Of a stretch of DNA of 64,000 nt, positions 27,153-37,215 are shown one piece after another. This stretch comes from an uncultured Acidimicrobiia bacterium (GTDB taxonomy: Bacteria > Actinomycetota > Acidimicrobiia > Acidimicrobiales > AC-14), in the NCBI GenBank assembly GCA_963829165.1, contig CAWHIC010000003.1, positions 22,186 through 86,185 on the forward strand, written 5' to 3'. The position numbers and the translations under genes were made by a program. Every line of letters begins with the position of its first letter. Within the stretch, counting starts at the first letter, position 1. The notes below the pieces were generated by a model. The model saw only the letters and a program-made list of their open reading frames with translations. It made no database searches and was not told the DNA's origin.

Positions 27153-28721
27153 GTGGTCTCGTCCCCACCGTTCTGCTCGCCCGTCGAGGCCGAGTTCGCT
27201 GCCGAGCTGCTCCACCTCCGTCCCGAGCTGGGCGCGTCCTACGCGGCGGCGCTGCCCGAGGCTCGCGCCGCGGTGCTCGCCCGCCTGTGGCGTGGCCTGT
27301 CCATCGACCCGCTGCCCCAGGTCGTCGACCACCGCGGAGACGTGATCACGTTGGCGTGCGGGCGTCGCCTTCACTCCGCCGGTCCGGCCGTCGTGTTGGA
27401 CGGCCGCCCCTACGAGCATCCCGCCGAGCTCCTCCGCGACCTCCGCTGGCCCGGCACCGCGGTCCTGGAGGCGGAACTGGCCCACAGCGTCGCGGGACTG
27501 GCGCTGGCCCGTGTCGGGGCCCCGCGACCGGTCGACGCGTTCGCCGATCGGACCCCGGAGGAACACGAGCAGAGCGTGGTGGACGGCCACCCGCTGCACC
27601 CGTGCTGCCGCAACCGAACCGGGTTCCGCGCCGCTGACCACCTCGCCTTCGGACCCGAACACCGCCAGGTGGTCGCCCTCGACCTGCTCGCGCTCGACGC
27701 CGACCGCTGCGTGATCCGCGGTGCCTGGCCCGCGGCGTTGCGCGCCGGCGACAAGCTGCTGCTGCCGGTGCACCCGTGGCAGTCGAAGTGGGTGCTGCCG
27801 CGCCACGGTCTGGAGCCGCAGCACCCCGGCGTTCTCCCCTCCCGGCCGCTGATCGCGCTCCGCACGCTCGCCCCCATCGACCGGCCGTGGCACGTGAAGA
27901 CCTCGCTGAGCACGCAGCTCACCTCGGCCGTGCGCGACATCTCCGGCGCCTCGATCCGGACCGGCACCGCCGTGTCCGCCTTTCTCCAGGCGGCGGTCGG
28001 CCGCGTCGGCGGCGGTCTGCGTCTCCAACCCACCGTGGCCGCGGCCGCGCTGCTGGTCGACGGCGAACCACACCCGGATCTGGCCGCGGTGCTTCGAGAT
28101 CGCCCGGAAGCGGACCTGCGGCCGGGCGAGATCGTGGTGCCCATCGCCGCGCTCACCGCTCGTCCTCCGGAGGGAGGCTGCCCACCGTTGTGCACACTGG
28201 CGGCCGCCGCTCCCGTCGCCTGGTTGGCCGAGTTCGCGGCGCTCGCCCTCCCGCCCCTCTTGACCCTTTTGGCCTGGGGCATCGCGCTGGAGGCACACGA
28301 ACAGAACCTTCTGCTCGTTCTCGCCGGCGGCAGACCGCAGCGACTGGTCTATCGCGACCTGGCGGACATCCGGCTCAGCCCGGCCCGCCTGGAGTCCGCC
28401 GGCCTGCCCTGGCCGGCCGTACCGGACCGCATGCGCGCCGACGACTCCGAGTTGCGGGCCAAACTCTTCTCCGCGCTCGTCGCCACGACCATCACCGGCA
28501 TGGTCATCGCCCTGGCCGAACACGTGCCCGGTCCGCGATTGTGGGCCATTGTCGGTCACCACGTCCGCCGCGCCTACGCCGGCATGGCCGACACTCCCGC
28601 CACCGTCGCCGACCGCCGGGCGTTGCTGTCGGAGCCGATCCCCGCCAAACCCCTCACGCTGATGCGCCTGGACCCGGGTACCTCCCTGTGGGCGTCCCAC
28701 CCCAACCCCTTCACTGCCTGA
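27153..28721 (+). CDS. IucA/IucC-family (NIS) siderophore synthetase
   Basis: GHPLHPCCRNRTGF, HVKTSLSTQLTSAVRDIS, IALEAHEQNLLLVL..YRDLADIRLS. Start is uncertain (GTG 27153; the track ORF begins at 27093). Confidence 0.75.
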   Translation: MVSSPPFCSPVEAEFAAELLHLRPELGASYAAALPEARAAVLARLWRGLSIDPLPQVVDHRGDVITLACGRRLHSAGPAVVLDGRPYEHPAELLRDLRWPGTAVLEAELAHSVAGLALARVGAPRPVDAFADRTPEEHEQSVVDGHPLHPCCRNRTGFRAADHLAFGPEHRQVVALDLLALDADRCVIRGAWPAALRAGDKLLLPVHPWQSKWVLPRHGLEPQHPGVLPSRPLIALRTLAPIDRPWHVKTSLSTQLTSAVRDISGASIRTGTAVSAFLQAAVGRVGGGLRLQPTVAAAALLVDGEPHPDLAAVLRDRPEADLRPGEIVVPIAALTARPPEGGCPPLCTLAAAAPVAWLAEFAALALPPLLTLLAWGIALEAHEQNLLLVLAGGRPQRLVYRDLADIRLSPARLESAGLPWPAVPDRMRADDSELRAKLFSALVATTITGMVIALAEHVPGPRLWAIVGHHVRRAYAGMADTPATVADRRALLSEPIPAKPLTLMRLDPGTSLWASHPNPFTA

Positions 28722-28782
28722 TCCGGCGGGTCAGGCACGCGGGATGGTAGCTGCGAGAGCGCACCGTCCGCCGACGAGCCGG

Positions 28783-29331
28783 TCAGCCGAGGAGGCCGCG
28801 GGTGCCCTTCAGCGTGACTTCGACCTGCCGGGGCACGTTGGACGCGGCCACCGCCAGCTTGGCCGAGTAGTCCCCCGGTTGGGTGGCGGCGAAGGCGACC
28901 TTGATCTCGCAGCTGCGGCCGGGCGCGAGCGTGGATTTGGTGCAGGTCTCGTCGGCGACGGTGAAGTTGGCCGCCTCCGTGCCGGAGACGGTGGGCGTCC
29001 GGATGGTGAGGGGCACGTCGCCCGTGTTCTCCACCGTCACGGTCGCTTCCTTGGCCTTGAGGGGCTCGAAGGTGACCGTCTCCGGGTCGACCGCGTACTC
29101 CCCCGCCTTGGCCGTCGCCACCGTCGGGGTGGTGGTCGCCCCTCGCACCGTCGCCACGGTGGTGGTGGCCACCGCGTCACCCGACGAGGAGGACACCGTC
29201 GCCTTGTCGTCGCCCCCGAGCCACCCGAGCTGCACCGAGATGCCCAGCAGCCCGACGATGGCGGAGATCACACCGGCGGCACCGGTGACGACGCCGGGGA
29301 CGGTGGACCAGAAGGATTTCCCGTCACTCAC
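28783..29331 (-). CDS. Membrane-anchored protein with a choice-of-anchor-D / HYDIN-like Ig domain
   Basis: GTG 29331. TM segment VVTGAAGVISAIVGLLGISV, Thr-rich linker, then VTVENTGDVPLTIRTPTVSGTEAANFTV..C..L.PGRSCEIKVAFAATQPGDY. Confidence 0.55.
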   Translation of the reverse strand: MSDGKSFWSTVPGVVTGAAGVISAIVGLLGISVQLGWLGGDDKATVSSSSGDAVATTTVATVRGATTTPTVATAKAGEYAVDPETVTFEPLKAKEATVTVENTGDVPLTIRTPTVSGTEAANFTVADETCTKSTLAPGRSCEIKVAFAATQPGDYSAKLAVAASNVPRQVEVTLKGTRGLLG

Positions 29332-29409
29332 GTACTTCGACCCTATCGGGCGAGGCGGGGGGTCTCGGCGCGGGGTGTCGTGTCGCAGGGGCTCGGTAGG
29401 CTTTCGGGC

Positions 29410-29967
29410 ATGGCCGTCGCCGTCGGGCGCATGAGCGCCCCCGAGTACCTCGCGACTCCCGAGAGCCGCCCTCGTCACACGGAGTTGATCGAGGGGACGG
29501 TTGTGGTGAACGAACCAAAGTTGCCCCACTCCCAGGTCCAGTTCAGGCTGATGCACAGACTCGGCACCTGGATCGACGCGGGCGCGAACCGGGGCTACAT
29601 CAGTCCTCCCGCAGACATCGTCGTGGACGAAACCAACGTGTTCGCCCCCGACGTCTGGTGGGTAGCCGAGTCGCGCCGCCCGCTCCCCGACCAGCTCGAC
29701 TTCGAGGGCTTGCCCGACCTCGTCATCGAGATCCGGTCACCGTCCACGTGGATCCGCGACCTCCGGGTGAAGCTCCCCCGCTACGAGGCGGCGGGTGTCC
29801 CCGAGGCCTGGTACGTCGACACCGAGGCCCGGACGGTGCTCGTGTTCCGCCGGTCGCAGCCCGACGCCGTCGAGTTCGACATCGCCCTCGAGCTCACCGC
29901 CGACCAGGAGCTCACGTCACCGCTCCTACCCGGCTTCGCCCTGCCGGTGGGCCAGATCTTCGCTTAG
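29410..29967 (+). CDS. Uma2 family (DUF820) restriction-endonuclease-fold protein
   Basis: ATG 29410. ELIEGTVVVNEPK..HSQVQFRL..PDVWWV..PDLVIEIRSPST..KLPRYEAAGVPEAWYVD is the typical Uma2 pattern. Confidence 0.8.
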   Translation: MAVAVGRMSAPEYLATPESRPRHTELIEGTVVVNEPKLPHSQVQFRLMHRLGTWIDAGANRGYISPPADIVVDETNVFAPDVWWVAESRRPLPDQLDFEGLPDLVIEIRSPSTWIRDLRVKLPRYEAAGVPEAWYVDTEARTVLVFRRSQPDAVEFDIALELTADQELTSPLLPGFALPVGQIFA

Positions 29968-29997
29968 ACGGCCGGCGGGGCGCCGTGGCCCGGTCGG

Positions 29998-31137
29998 TCA
30001 GTCTCCGCCGACGGTGACGTCGACGCCCAGGAGCAGGGCCGCCTGGCGCACGCCGTGGCCGGCAGCGGCGGCCCGGTCGATGGCCTCGATGGCCCGGGGG
30101 AAGTCGAGGTCGTCGTCGATGGCATCGCGCACCGCGTCGAGGGCGGCATCGCCCGTACCGGTGCCGGTGCCGGCGGCCCGCCAACGGGCCAGCCGGTCGG
30201 TGGCCACCGGGAGCAGTCCCTCGTGCCACGACCACGGGCCACGGTAGGAGTGGTCGAGGATGGCCAGGCGCACCGCCATCGGGTCCCAGGTCTTCACCAG
30301 CTCGCTCACGAACACCAGGTTGCCCAGCGACTTCGACATCTTGGTGCCGTCGAGCTCCACCATCGGGGCGTGCAGCCAGCGGCGGACGAAGCGCTCGCCG
30401 ATGGCCGCCTCCGACTGGGCCGCCTCGCACTCGTGATGGGGGTAGATGAGGTCGCTGCCCCCGCCGTGGAGGTCGATGCTCGTCCCCAACTCCCGTAAGG
30501 CCAGGGCGGAGCACTCGATGTGCCAGCCGGGGCGGCCCGGTCCCCACGTCGACGGCCACGACGGCTCGTCCGGCGCCGACGGCTGCCACAGGACGAAGTC
30601 GAGGGGGTCGCGCTTGACCGGGTCGTCGACGTTGCCGCCCCGCTCGGCCGACAGCTCGAGCATCTCGTCCCGGTCGAGGTGGCTGACCTGGCCGAAGTTG
30701 TCGAAAGAGGCCACGTCGAAATAGACGCCGCCGCCCGCCTGGTAGGCGTGGCCCCGGTCGAGGACCATGCCGATGAAGCCGAGGATGTCGTGGATGGCGG
30801 AGGTGGCCCGGGGCTCGCTGAAGGCGGGGAGCATGCCCAGGGCCTTCATGTCGGCGTCGAACTTGGCCACCTCCCGGGCGGCCAGCTCGAGGTAGGGCAT
30901 CCCCACCTCCCGGGCCTTGCGCAGCAGGTCGTCGTCGACGTCGGTGACGTTGCGGACGCACAGGGTGCGGTGGCCGATGTCGCGCAGCCGGCGCTGGAGG
31001 ACGTCGTAGAGGAGGTAGGTGGCGGCGTGGCCGACGTGGGTGGCGTCGTAGGGCGTGATGCCGCACGTGTACATGGTGACGACCGGCCCCGGCGAGAAAT
31101 CCACCAGCTCCCGGCGGGCGGTGTCGTAAAACCGCAA
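29998..31137 (-). CDS. mshC: Cysteine:GlcN-Ins ligase (mycothiol ligase) MshC
   Basis: CysRS-like catalytic core (CGITPYDATHVGHA, WHIECSA, KMSKSLGN) with no anticodon-binding domain. MshC-type tail AVRLAILDHSYRGPWSW. TTG start at 31137. Confidence 0.8.
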   Translation of the reverse strand: MRFYDTARRELVDFSPGPVVTMYTCGITPYDATHVGHAATYLLYDVLQRRLRDIGHRTLCVRNVTDVDDDLLRKAREVGMPYLELAAREVAKFDADMKALGMLPAFSEPRATSAIHDILGFIGMVLDRGHAYQAGGGVYFDVASFDNFGQVSHLDRDEMLELSAERGGNVDDPVKRDPLDFVLWQPSAPDEPSWPSTWGPGRPGWHIECSALALRELGTSIDLHGGGSDLIYPHHECEAAQSEAAIGERFVRRWLHAPMVELDGTKMSKSLGNLVFVSELVKTWDPMAVRLAILDHSYRGPWSWHEGLLPVATDRLARWRAAGTGTGTGDAALDAVRDAIDDDLDFPRAIEAIDRAAAAGHGVRQAALLLGVDVTVGGD

Positions 31138-31147
31138 GCCAGACGCC

Positions 31148-31789
31148 TTAGGTGTCGATGCCGGTGAGGCGGAGGCTGGCCTTGCGGAAGCGCACCAGGA
31201 CGGCGGTGAAGGCCTCCACCGTCCCCGCCATGGCTAGGGAGCCGCCCGACAGCGGCCGTAGCCCGGGTATGGCCCGCACCAGCGCCGACGTGGCCTCCAG
31301 GGCCTCGGGGTGGTCGGTGCAGATGAGGACGTCGCAGTCCATGGTGTGGTCGAGCTGGCCCAGCTCCCGGGCGGGGACGTGCTGGAAGGCGGCCGCCACC
31401 AGGGCGTCGGGGGCGGCCGCCTGCACCGCCGCCGCCACCGACCCCTGGGGGAGGTGGACCGCCAGAAGCTCCTTGCCCACCTTGGCCAGGGCGTTGCCCA
31501 TGGAGATGACGACCTTGCCCCCCAGGGCGTCGGCCACCGACGCCGCGGTGGGCTCGGCCGCCGCCCACTGGGTGCCCACCACCACGAGGGTCGACTTGGC
31601 CGCCCCCTCGTTGGTCGACGGCTCCAGGCTCAGGCGGTGATCCGGCCACCGGGCCCGGAGCTCGTCGCAGACGGCCGACGCCTTCTCCTCCGACCGGGAT
31701 CCGACCACCACGTCGTAGCCGACCGCGGCCAGACGGGCGGCCAGCGCCCGCCCGGCGGGGCCCGTGCCCCCGAGGATGCCGACGTCCAT
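31148..31789 (-). CDS. npdG: NADPH-dependent F420 reductase
   Basis: ATG 31789. MDVGILGGTGPAGRALAARLAAVGYDVVVGSRS Rossmann start; 213 aa. The longer track ORF is a spurious extension. Confidence 0.75.
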   Translation of the reverse strand: MDVGILGGTGPAGRALAARLAAVGYDVVVGSRSEEKASAVCDELRARWPDHRLSLEPSTNEGAAKSTLVVVGTQWAAAEPTAASVADALGGKVVISMGNALAKVGKELLAVHLPQGSVAAAVQAAAPDALVAAAFQHVPARELGQLDHTMDCDVLICTDHPEALEATSALVRAIPGLRPLSGGSLAMAGTVEAFTAVLVRFRKASLRLTGIDT

Positions 31790-31870
31790 CCCGCCAGACT
31801 GGCACGAACCGGCGGCCGTGTCGCAACCGGGACGCCCCGGCGGGGCCGCCAGTGCGCGAAGGGTTGGACG

Positions 31871-32990
31871 GTGGGTACACCAGCGAGCGTGGAACCCACC
31901 TTCGGGCTGACGCGCCTCCGGGGCATCCCCGTCGGCGCCCACTGGACGTGGCCGGTCGCCTTCGCCCTCGTCGCCTGGACGCTGGGCGCCTCCGTCTTCC
32001 CCTCCGCCTACCCCGACGTGAGCGGGCCTGGTCACCTGCTCATGGCCGTGGCCACCACCGCCCTGCTGTTCGTGTCGGTCGGGTCTGCACGAGCTGGCCC
32101 ACGCCACCGCCGCCCGCCGGGAGGGCCTGCCCGTGCGGGGGATCACCCTGTGGCTGCTGGGCGGCGTCTCCGACGTCGGCGGCACGGCCCGTTCCCCGGG
32201 CCAGGAGCTCCGGGTCGCGGCCGCGGGGCCGGGGCTGTCGCTGGTGCTGGCCGGCGTCTCTGCCGCCGTCGCGGCCTGGGGCGAGGGCCACGGCTGGCCC
32301 GAGGGCGTCCACGGCGTGCTGGAGTACGTCGCCCGCCTCAACGTGGTGGTGGCCGCCTTCAACCTCATCCCCGCCCTCCCCCTCGACGGGGGCCGCATCC
32401 TGCGGGCCTGGCTGTGGCACCGCCAGCGCGACCGCCTGGCCGCCACCCGTTCCGGAGCCCGGGCCGGACAGGCCTTCGGCGTGACCCTGATGGTCGTGGG
32501 CCTCCTCGACCTGTGGGCGGGAGCGGGCCTTCTCGGGTTGTGGCTGCTCCTGCTGGGCGGCTTCCTCCTGCGGGCGGCGTCGGCCGAGCTGGCCGACGCC
32601 CGCACCCGCCACCACCTCGACGGCCTGACCGCGGCCGACGTGATGGCGTCCGACCCGGGCGTCGTCCTCAACGACACGCCCGTCTCCCGCCTCGTCGAGC
32701 ACCCGCCGGCGCCGGAGCGTACGGGCTACCCGGTGCTGGGCGGGGGCCGCCTGCTGGGCGTGGTCGTGCTGGCCCACGCCCGCCAGGTGCCGCCGGAGGA
32801 AGCGCCACCAGCTGCGGGTGGAGGAGGTGATGACCCCCCTCGACGACGTGCCCATGGTCGACGCCGCCGACCCCGTGGTCGACGTGGTCGGCCGCCTGAA
32901 CGGCACCAACCCCACCGGGCAGGTGGTGGTGGTCGCCGACGGCATGGTGGTCGGCATCCTCGACGAAGGCGACGTGGCCGACGCCCTCGA
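31871..32990 (+). pseudogene. M50 (site-2 protease family) metalloprotease with a C-terminal CBS pair; two frame breaks (about 32075 and 32805), 3' end undefined
   Basis: Frame 1: FGLTRLRGIPVGAHWTW..LLFVSV. Frame 2: LHELAHA (HExxH)..NLIPALPLDGGRIL..GLTAADVMASDP. Frame 3: RVEEVMTPLDDVP..VVGILDEGDVADAL. No stop separates it from the next gene in the assembled frame. Confidence 0.7.
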
Positions 32991-33042
32991 CCGGGCGCCC
33001 CACGGCGGTGGCGGCCGCGCCCCCGGAGGGCGGGCGTGGGCG

Positions 33043-33953
33043 ATGGTGGCGGGGCTGTGCCTGGTGTTGGGGGCGGCCCTCTACCGGCCCCCCTTCGTCA
33101 TCGTCTCCACCGGCGCCACCGTCGACGTGACCCGGGACGTGTCGGTCGTCGGCTTCCCGGTCACCGCCGTCAACGGCCGCTACGTCGTCCCCGAGGTGGC
33201 CTACCAGCGCACCAACGGGCTGGCCACCCTCGTGGCCGCCGTCCGCGACCGCCGCCGGGTGGTGGCGGTCTCCCGGGTCCGGGACGAGGCGACGGTGCCC
33301 GGCGTCACCCGGGAAGTGCGGATCCTGGCCGCGGCCGCCGCCGCCCAGTCCCAGGGGCTGCCGGCGACGGTGACGGGCACCGGGGCCCGGGTGGTGGCGG
33401 TGCGGTCGGGGTCGCCGGCGGCGGGCGTCCTGGGCGTCGGCGACGTGATCCTGGCCGTCGACGGCCAGCCCGTCCGCCAGGCCGCCTTCCTGGGCGACCT
33501 GGTCCGGGCGGGGGACGTCGGCGCCGCCTTCACCCTGTCGGTCGAGCGCGACGGCGAGACGCACCAGATCCCCGTCACCGTCGCCGCCGGCGGGCCTGGG
33601 GATCACGGTGGAGACCCGCGACCTGGCGGTGGAGCTCCCCTTCGAGGTGCGCTTCGAGGGTCGGGCTGCCGGCGGACCCGACGCGGGGCTCGCCTACGCT
33701 CTGGTGATCGCCGACATCCTCTCCTCCACCGACGTGGCCCGGGGCCGCACCATCGCCGCCGCCGGCACCGTCGACGCCGACGGACACCTCGCTCCCGCCC
33801 ACGAGCTGGCGGCCACGGCATCGGCCGAGGCCGGCGCCGACGTGGTGGTCCTGCCCCCGGGGCAGGCCGACGGCGCCCGGCGCGACGGCCTGCAGGTGGT
33901 AGGGGGCCGAGAGCCTGGCCCGGGCCCTGGAGGCGTTGTCGACGACGGTGTGA
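33043..33953 (+). pseudogene. PDZ + Lon-protease-C-terminal (YlbL/S16-like) protein; two frame breaks (about 33590 and 33903), catalytic dyad apparently missing
   Basis: TM segment AMVAGLCLVLGAALY; PDZ region VVAVRSGSPAAGVLGVGDVILAVDGQPV; Lon-like GGPDAGLAYALVIADIL..AAAGTVDADG..AEAGADVVVLP. After a shift at a G5 run it ends ..AESLARALEALSTTV* (TGA 33951-33953). The start is uncertain. Confidence 0.55.
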
Positions 33954-35387
33954 CATTCCGCCACGGCGTGGCCAGTGGCGATCCCCTCCCGGACTCGGTG
34001 GTGTTGTGGACCCGCTCCCCGGGCGCGACCGAGGTGGAGTGGGTCGTCGCCCGCGACCCCGAGCTCCGCCAGGTCGTCGCCCGCGGCACCGCCGCCACCA
34101 GCGCCGACGTCGACCACACGGTCAAAGTCGACCCGGGCGGGCTGGAGCCGGCCACGACCTACTGGTACCGGTTCTCGGTCGGCGACGACCATTCGCCCAC
34201 CGGGCGCACCCGCACCGCGCCCGCCCCCGGCGCCTCCGTCGACCACCTCCGCCTCGGCCTCGTCTCGTGCGCCTCCTACGCCGCCGGCTGGTTCCACGCC
34301 TACCGCAACCTGGCCCGGCGCGACGTCGACCTCGTCGTCCACGTGGGCGACTACCTCTACGAGAACGGGCGCCACCTGAAGAAGGGCCCCCGCAACCACC
34401 CGCCGAGGCGGGCCGTCACCCTCGACGGCTACCGCGCCCGGCACGCCCTCTACAAGACCGACCACGACCTCCAGGCCCTCCACGCCCGCCACCCGATGGT
34501 CGCCGTCTGGGACGACCACGAGCTGGTGGGCGGGGCATGGTCGGGCGGGGCCCACGAGCACGTTCCCCGCCTCCACGGGTCGTGGGCCGACCGCAAGGCG
34601 GCCGCCGTCCGGGCCTACTGGGAGTGGATGCCGCTGCGCCAGCCCGACCCGGCCGTCCCCGAGCGGATCTACCGGATGCTGCGCTGGGGCGACCTGGCCG
34701 ACCTGGCCCTGCTCGACACCCGCCTGATCGGACGGGACGAGCCCGTGGGCCGGGGCAACGGCGTGGTGGTGAAGGTGTCCGACACCGGCCGCTCCATGCT
34801 GGGCGAGGACCAACGAACGTGGCTGGCGACGGAGATGGCGGCCTCCACCGCCCGCTGGCGGGTCCTGGCCAGCCAGGTGGTGCTGGCCCCGATCCCGCTG
34901 CTGGCCGGCCGCCTGCTCAACCCGGGCCAGTGGGACGGCTACCCCGAGGAGCGGGACTGGCTGTTCCGGGTGCTGGGCGCGGCCCGGGGGGCGCGTCCCG
35001 GCGACCAACATCCCCGGCGGCAACTGCGCCGTCCTCAGCGGCGACATCCACTCGTCGTGGGCCAGCGAGCTGCCGGTGGGGGCCGAGTTCGTGGGGCCGT
35101 CGGTGTCGTCCCCCGCCTTCGCCGACATCCTCGTCCCCGGTGGCCGGCTGGGCCGGGCCGCCGCCGAGCGCACGTTCCGGTGGCAGAACCGCCACGTGCG
35201 GATGGTCGAGCTCCGCCACCACGGCTACGTCGTCGCCGACGTCACCCCCGAGCGGATCCAGGCCGACTGGTGGCACCTCGACACGGTGACGGGCCCGTCG
35301 CCGGCGGAGACGTTCGCCGGCGGCTGGCAGCTCCATTGGGGCCGCCCGGGCCTGACACCCGTTGACACGCCGGCAGACCGCCGGTAG
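33950..35387 (+). pseudogene. phoD: PhoD-family alkaline phosphatase/phosphodiesterase, frame broken at a G6 run (34986-34991)
   Basis: GTG 33950 overlaps the upstream stop (GTGA). FRHGVASGDPLPDSVVLWTR, VVHVGDYLYE, VAVWDDHE. After the shift: GNCAVLSGDIHSSWASELPVGAEFVGPSVSS. No Tat/Sec signal is visible. Confidence 0.75.
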
Positions 35388-35396
35388 GAAAACGCG

Positions 35397-35960
35397 ATGA
35401 CGTACGACGAAAACGACGACACCACCCTCACCGCCGTGATCGACGAGTCGGGCGAGGCCCGGGGCGTGCTCCTCGAGGAAGCGATCCGCCTCCGGCAGCA
35501 GGTCAAGGACCTCCAGCAGCTGCTGACCGACAACGGCATCGAGTTCGGCTTCGAAATCGAGGGCGACGTCCAGCTCACGGGCAACTTCCTGGCCTCGGAG
35601 TTCGCCTGCCACGACGACATCGGCACCTTCGTCCCGTCGGAGGCCATCCCCGGCCTGCAGGCGCTGTGCGAGCGGGTCCTGCAGCCCTTGCGGGACGAGT
35701 TCGGCGTCTGCACGGTGTCGTCCGGCTTCCGCACCGAGGAGTACAACGCCTCCATCGGGGGGGCGTCGAACTCGTTCCACATCTACACCCTTCACGTGCG
35801 GGCGGCGGCGGCGGCGGCCGACGTCGTCTTCGACTCCGGCACCGTCCAGGAATGGGCCGACCGGGCCGACGCCCTCCTCGACGGCGGCGGCGGGGTCGGC
35901 CGCTACTTCGACGAGGGCTTCCTCCACGTCGACAACGGCGACCGGGTCTGGCGCCAGTAG
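35397..35960 (+). CDS. Peptidase M15A (YcbK/DUF882-like) domain protein with an acidic coiled N-terminus and no signal peptide
   Basis: SGFRTEEYNASIGGASNSFHIY..AADVVF..GFLHVD fits the M15A metal-ligand pattern (H, D, H). Confidence 0.6.
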   Translation: MTYDENDDTTLTAVIDESGEARGVLLEEAIRLRQQVKDLQQLLTDNGIEFGFEIEGDVQLTGNFLASEFACHDDIGTFVPSEAIPGLQALCERVLQPLRDEFGVCTVSSGFRTEEYNASIGGASNSFHIYTLHVRAAAAAADVVFDSGTVQEWADRADALLDGGGGVGRYFDEGFLHVDNGDRVWRQ

Positions 35961-35993
35961 CTCGGTTGGCGCCAGTAGCTCGGTTGGCGCCAG
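35950..35993. repeat. 18-bp tandem duplication (2.4 copies) spanning the stop codon of the M15A gene
   Basis: GGCGCCAGTAGCTCGGTT at 35950 and 35968; a partial third copy starts at 35986. Confidence 0.9.
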
Positions 35994-35997
35994 CGGG

Positions 35998-37197
35998 CTA
36001 CCCCGCTTCGGCGAGCAGCTTCCCGAGGCGGGTGAGGCCCTCCTCCAGGGCGTCGTCGCCCAGGGCGTAGGACAGGCGGGCGTAACCGGGGGCGCCGAAG
36101 GCCTCGCCGGGCACGATCGCCACCTTGGCCACGTCGAGCACCACGCCGGCCAGGTCGAGGGTGGAGTCCACCCGGCGGCCGCCGATCTCCTTGCCCATCA
36201 CCCCGGCGAAGGACGGGAAGGCGTAGAACGCGCCCTCCGGCTCGAGGACCGTCACGCCGGACATGGCCGAGAGCATCTCGAACATCTTCTTCCGGCGCCG
36301 GTCGAAGGCCTCCCGCATGGCCGCCATCGGGGCCATGTCGCCGGTGAGGGCGGCCACCGCCGCCATCTGCGACACGTTGGCCACGTTCGACGTGGCGTGG
36401 GACTGGAGGTTGACCGCGGCCGAGATCACGTCCTTGGGCCCGATCATCCACCCCACCCGCCAGCCGGTCATGGCGAAGGTCTTGGCCACGCCGTTGATCA
36501 CCACGCTGCGGTCGGCCAGCTCCGGCACCGCCGCCGGCATCGACGAGAACGTGTGGTCGCCGTAGACGAGGTGCTCGTAGATCTCGTCGGTGACGATCCA
36601 CAGGCCCTTCTCCGCCGCCCACCGGCCCACCTCGGCCGTCTGCTCGGGGGTGTAGACGGCGCCCGTGGGGTTCGACGGGGAGACGAACAGCAGCACCTTG
36701 GTGCGGTCGGTGGTGGCCGCCTCCAGGGCCTCGACGGTGGCCCGGAAGCCGGTGGTCTCGTCGGTGGGCACCACCACGGGCACGCCCCCGGCCAGGCGGA
36801 TCGCCTCCGGGTAGGTCACCCAGTAGGGCGCGGGCATGAGCACCTCGTCGCCCGGGTCGAGGAGGGCGGCGAAGGTGTTGTAGACCGCCTGCTTGGCCCC
36901 GTTGGTGATGAGCACCTGGGCCGCGGTGGTCGGGTAGCCGGAGTCGCGCACCGTCTTGGCCGCCACCGCCTCCCGCAGCTCGGGCAGGCCCGCGGCGGGC
37001 GTGTAGCGGTGGTTTCGGGGCACCTTGCAGGCGGCCATGGCCGCCTCCACGATGTGGTCGGGCGTGGGGAAGTCGGGCTCACCCGCCCCGAAGCCGATGA
37101 CGTCCTCGCCGGCCGCCTTGAGGGCCTTGGCCTTGGCGTCGACGGCCAGGGTGGCGGATTCTTCGATGGATGCAATGCGGGCGGATACTCGGGCCAT
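35998..37197 (-). CDS. Aspartate aminotransferase (class I PLP aminotransferase)
   Basis: ATG 37197. [63 protein letters not shown] and the [10 protein letters not shown]-like [14 protein letters not shown]. Confidence 0.9.
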   Translation of the reverse strand: MARVSARIASIEESATLAVDAKAKALKAAGEDVIGFGAGEPDFPTPDHIVEAAMAACKVPRNHRYTPAAGLPELREAVAAKTVRDSGYPTTAAQVLITNGAKQAVYNTFAALLDPGDEVLMPAPYWVTYPEAIRLAGGVPVVVPTDETTGFRATVEALEAATTDRTKVLLFVSPSNPTGAVYTPEQTAEVGRWAAEKGLWIVTDEIYEHLVYGDHTFSSMPAAVPELADRSVVINGVAKTFAMTGWRVGWMIGPKDVISAAVNLQSHATSNVANVSQMAAVAALTGDMAPMAAMREAFDRRRKKMFEMLSAMSGVTVLEPEGAFYAFPSFAGVMGKEIGGRRVDSTLDLAGVVLDVAKVAIVPGEAFGAPGYARLSYALGDDALEEGLTRLGKLLAEAG

Positions 37198-37215
37198 GCA
37201 TGACAGAGTTGCACA

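Noticed and set aside
37196-37198. ATG 37196 as the serC start
   Set aside because: It overlaps the aminotransferase ATG on the opposite strand (CATG at 37195-37198), leaving no intergenic DNA. GTG 37216 gives a length close to mycobacterial SerC. It is kept as an alternative, since leaderless divergent transcripts cannot be excluded.
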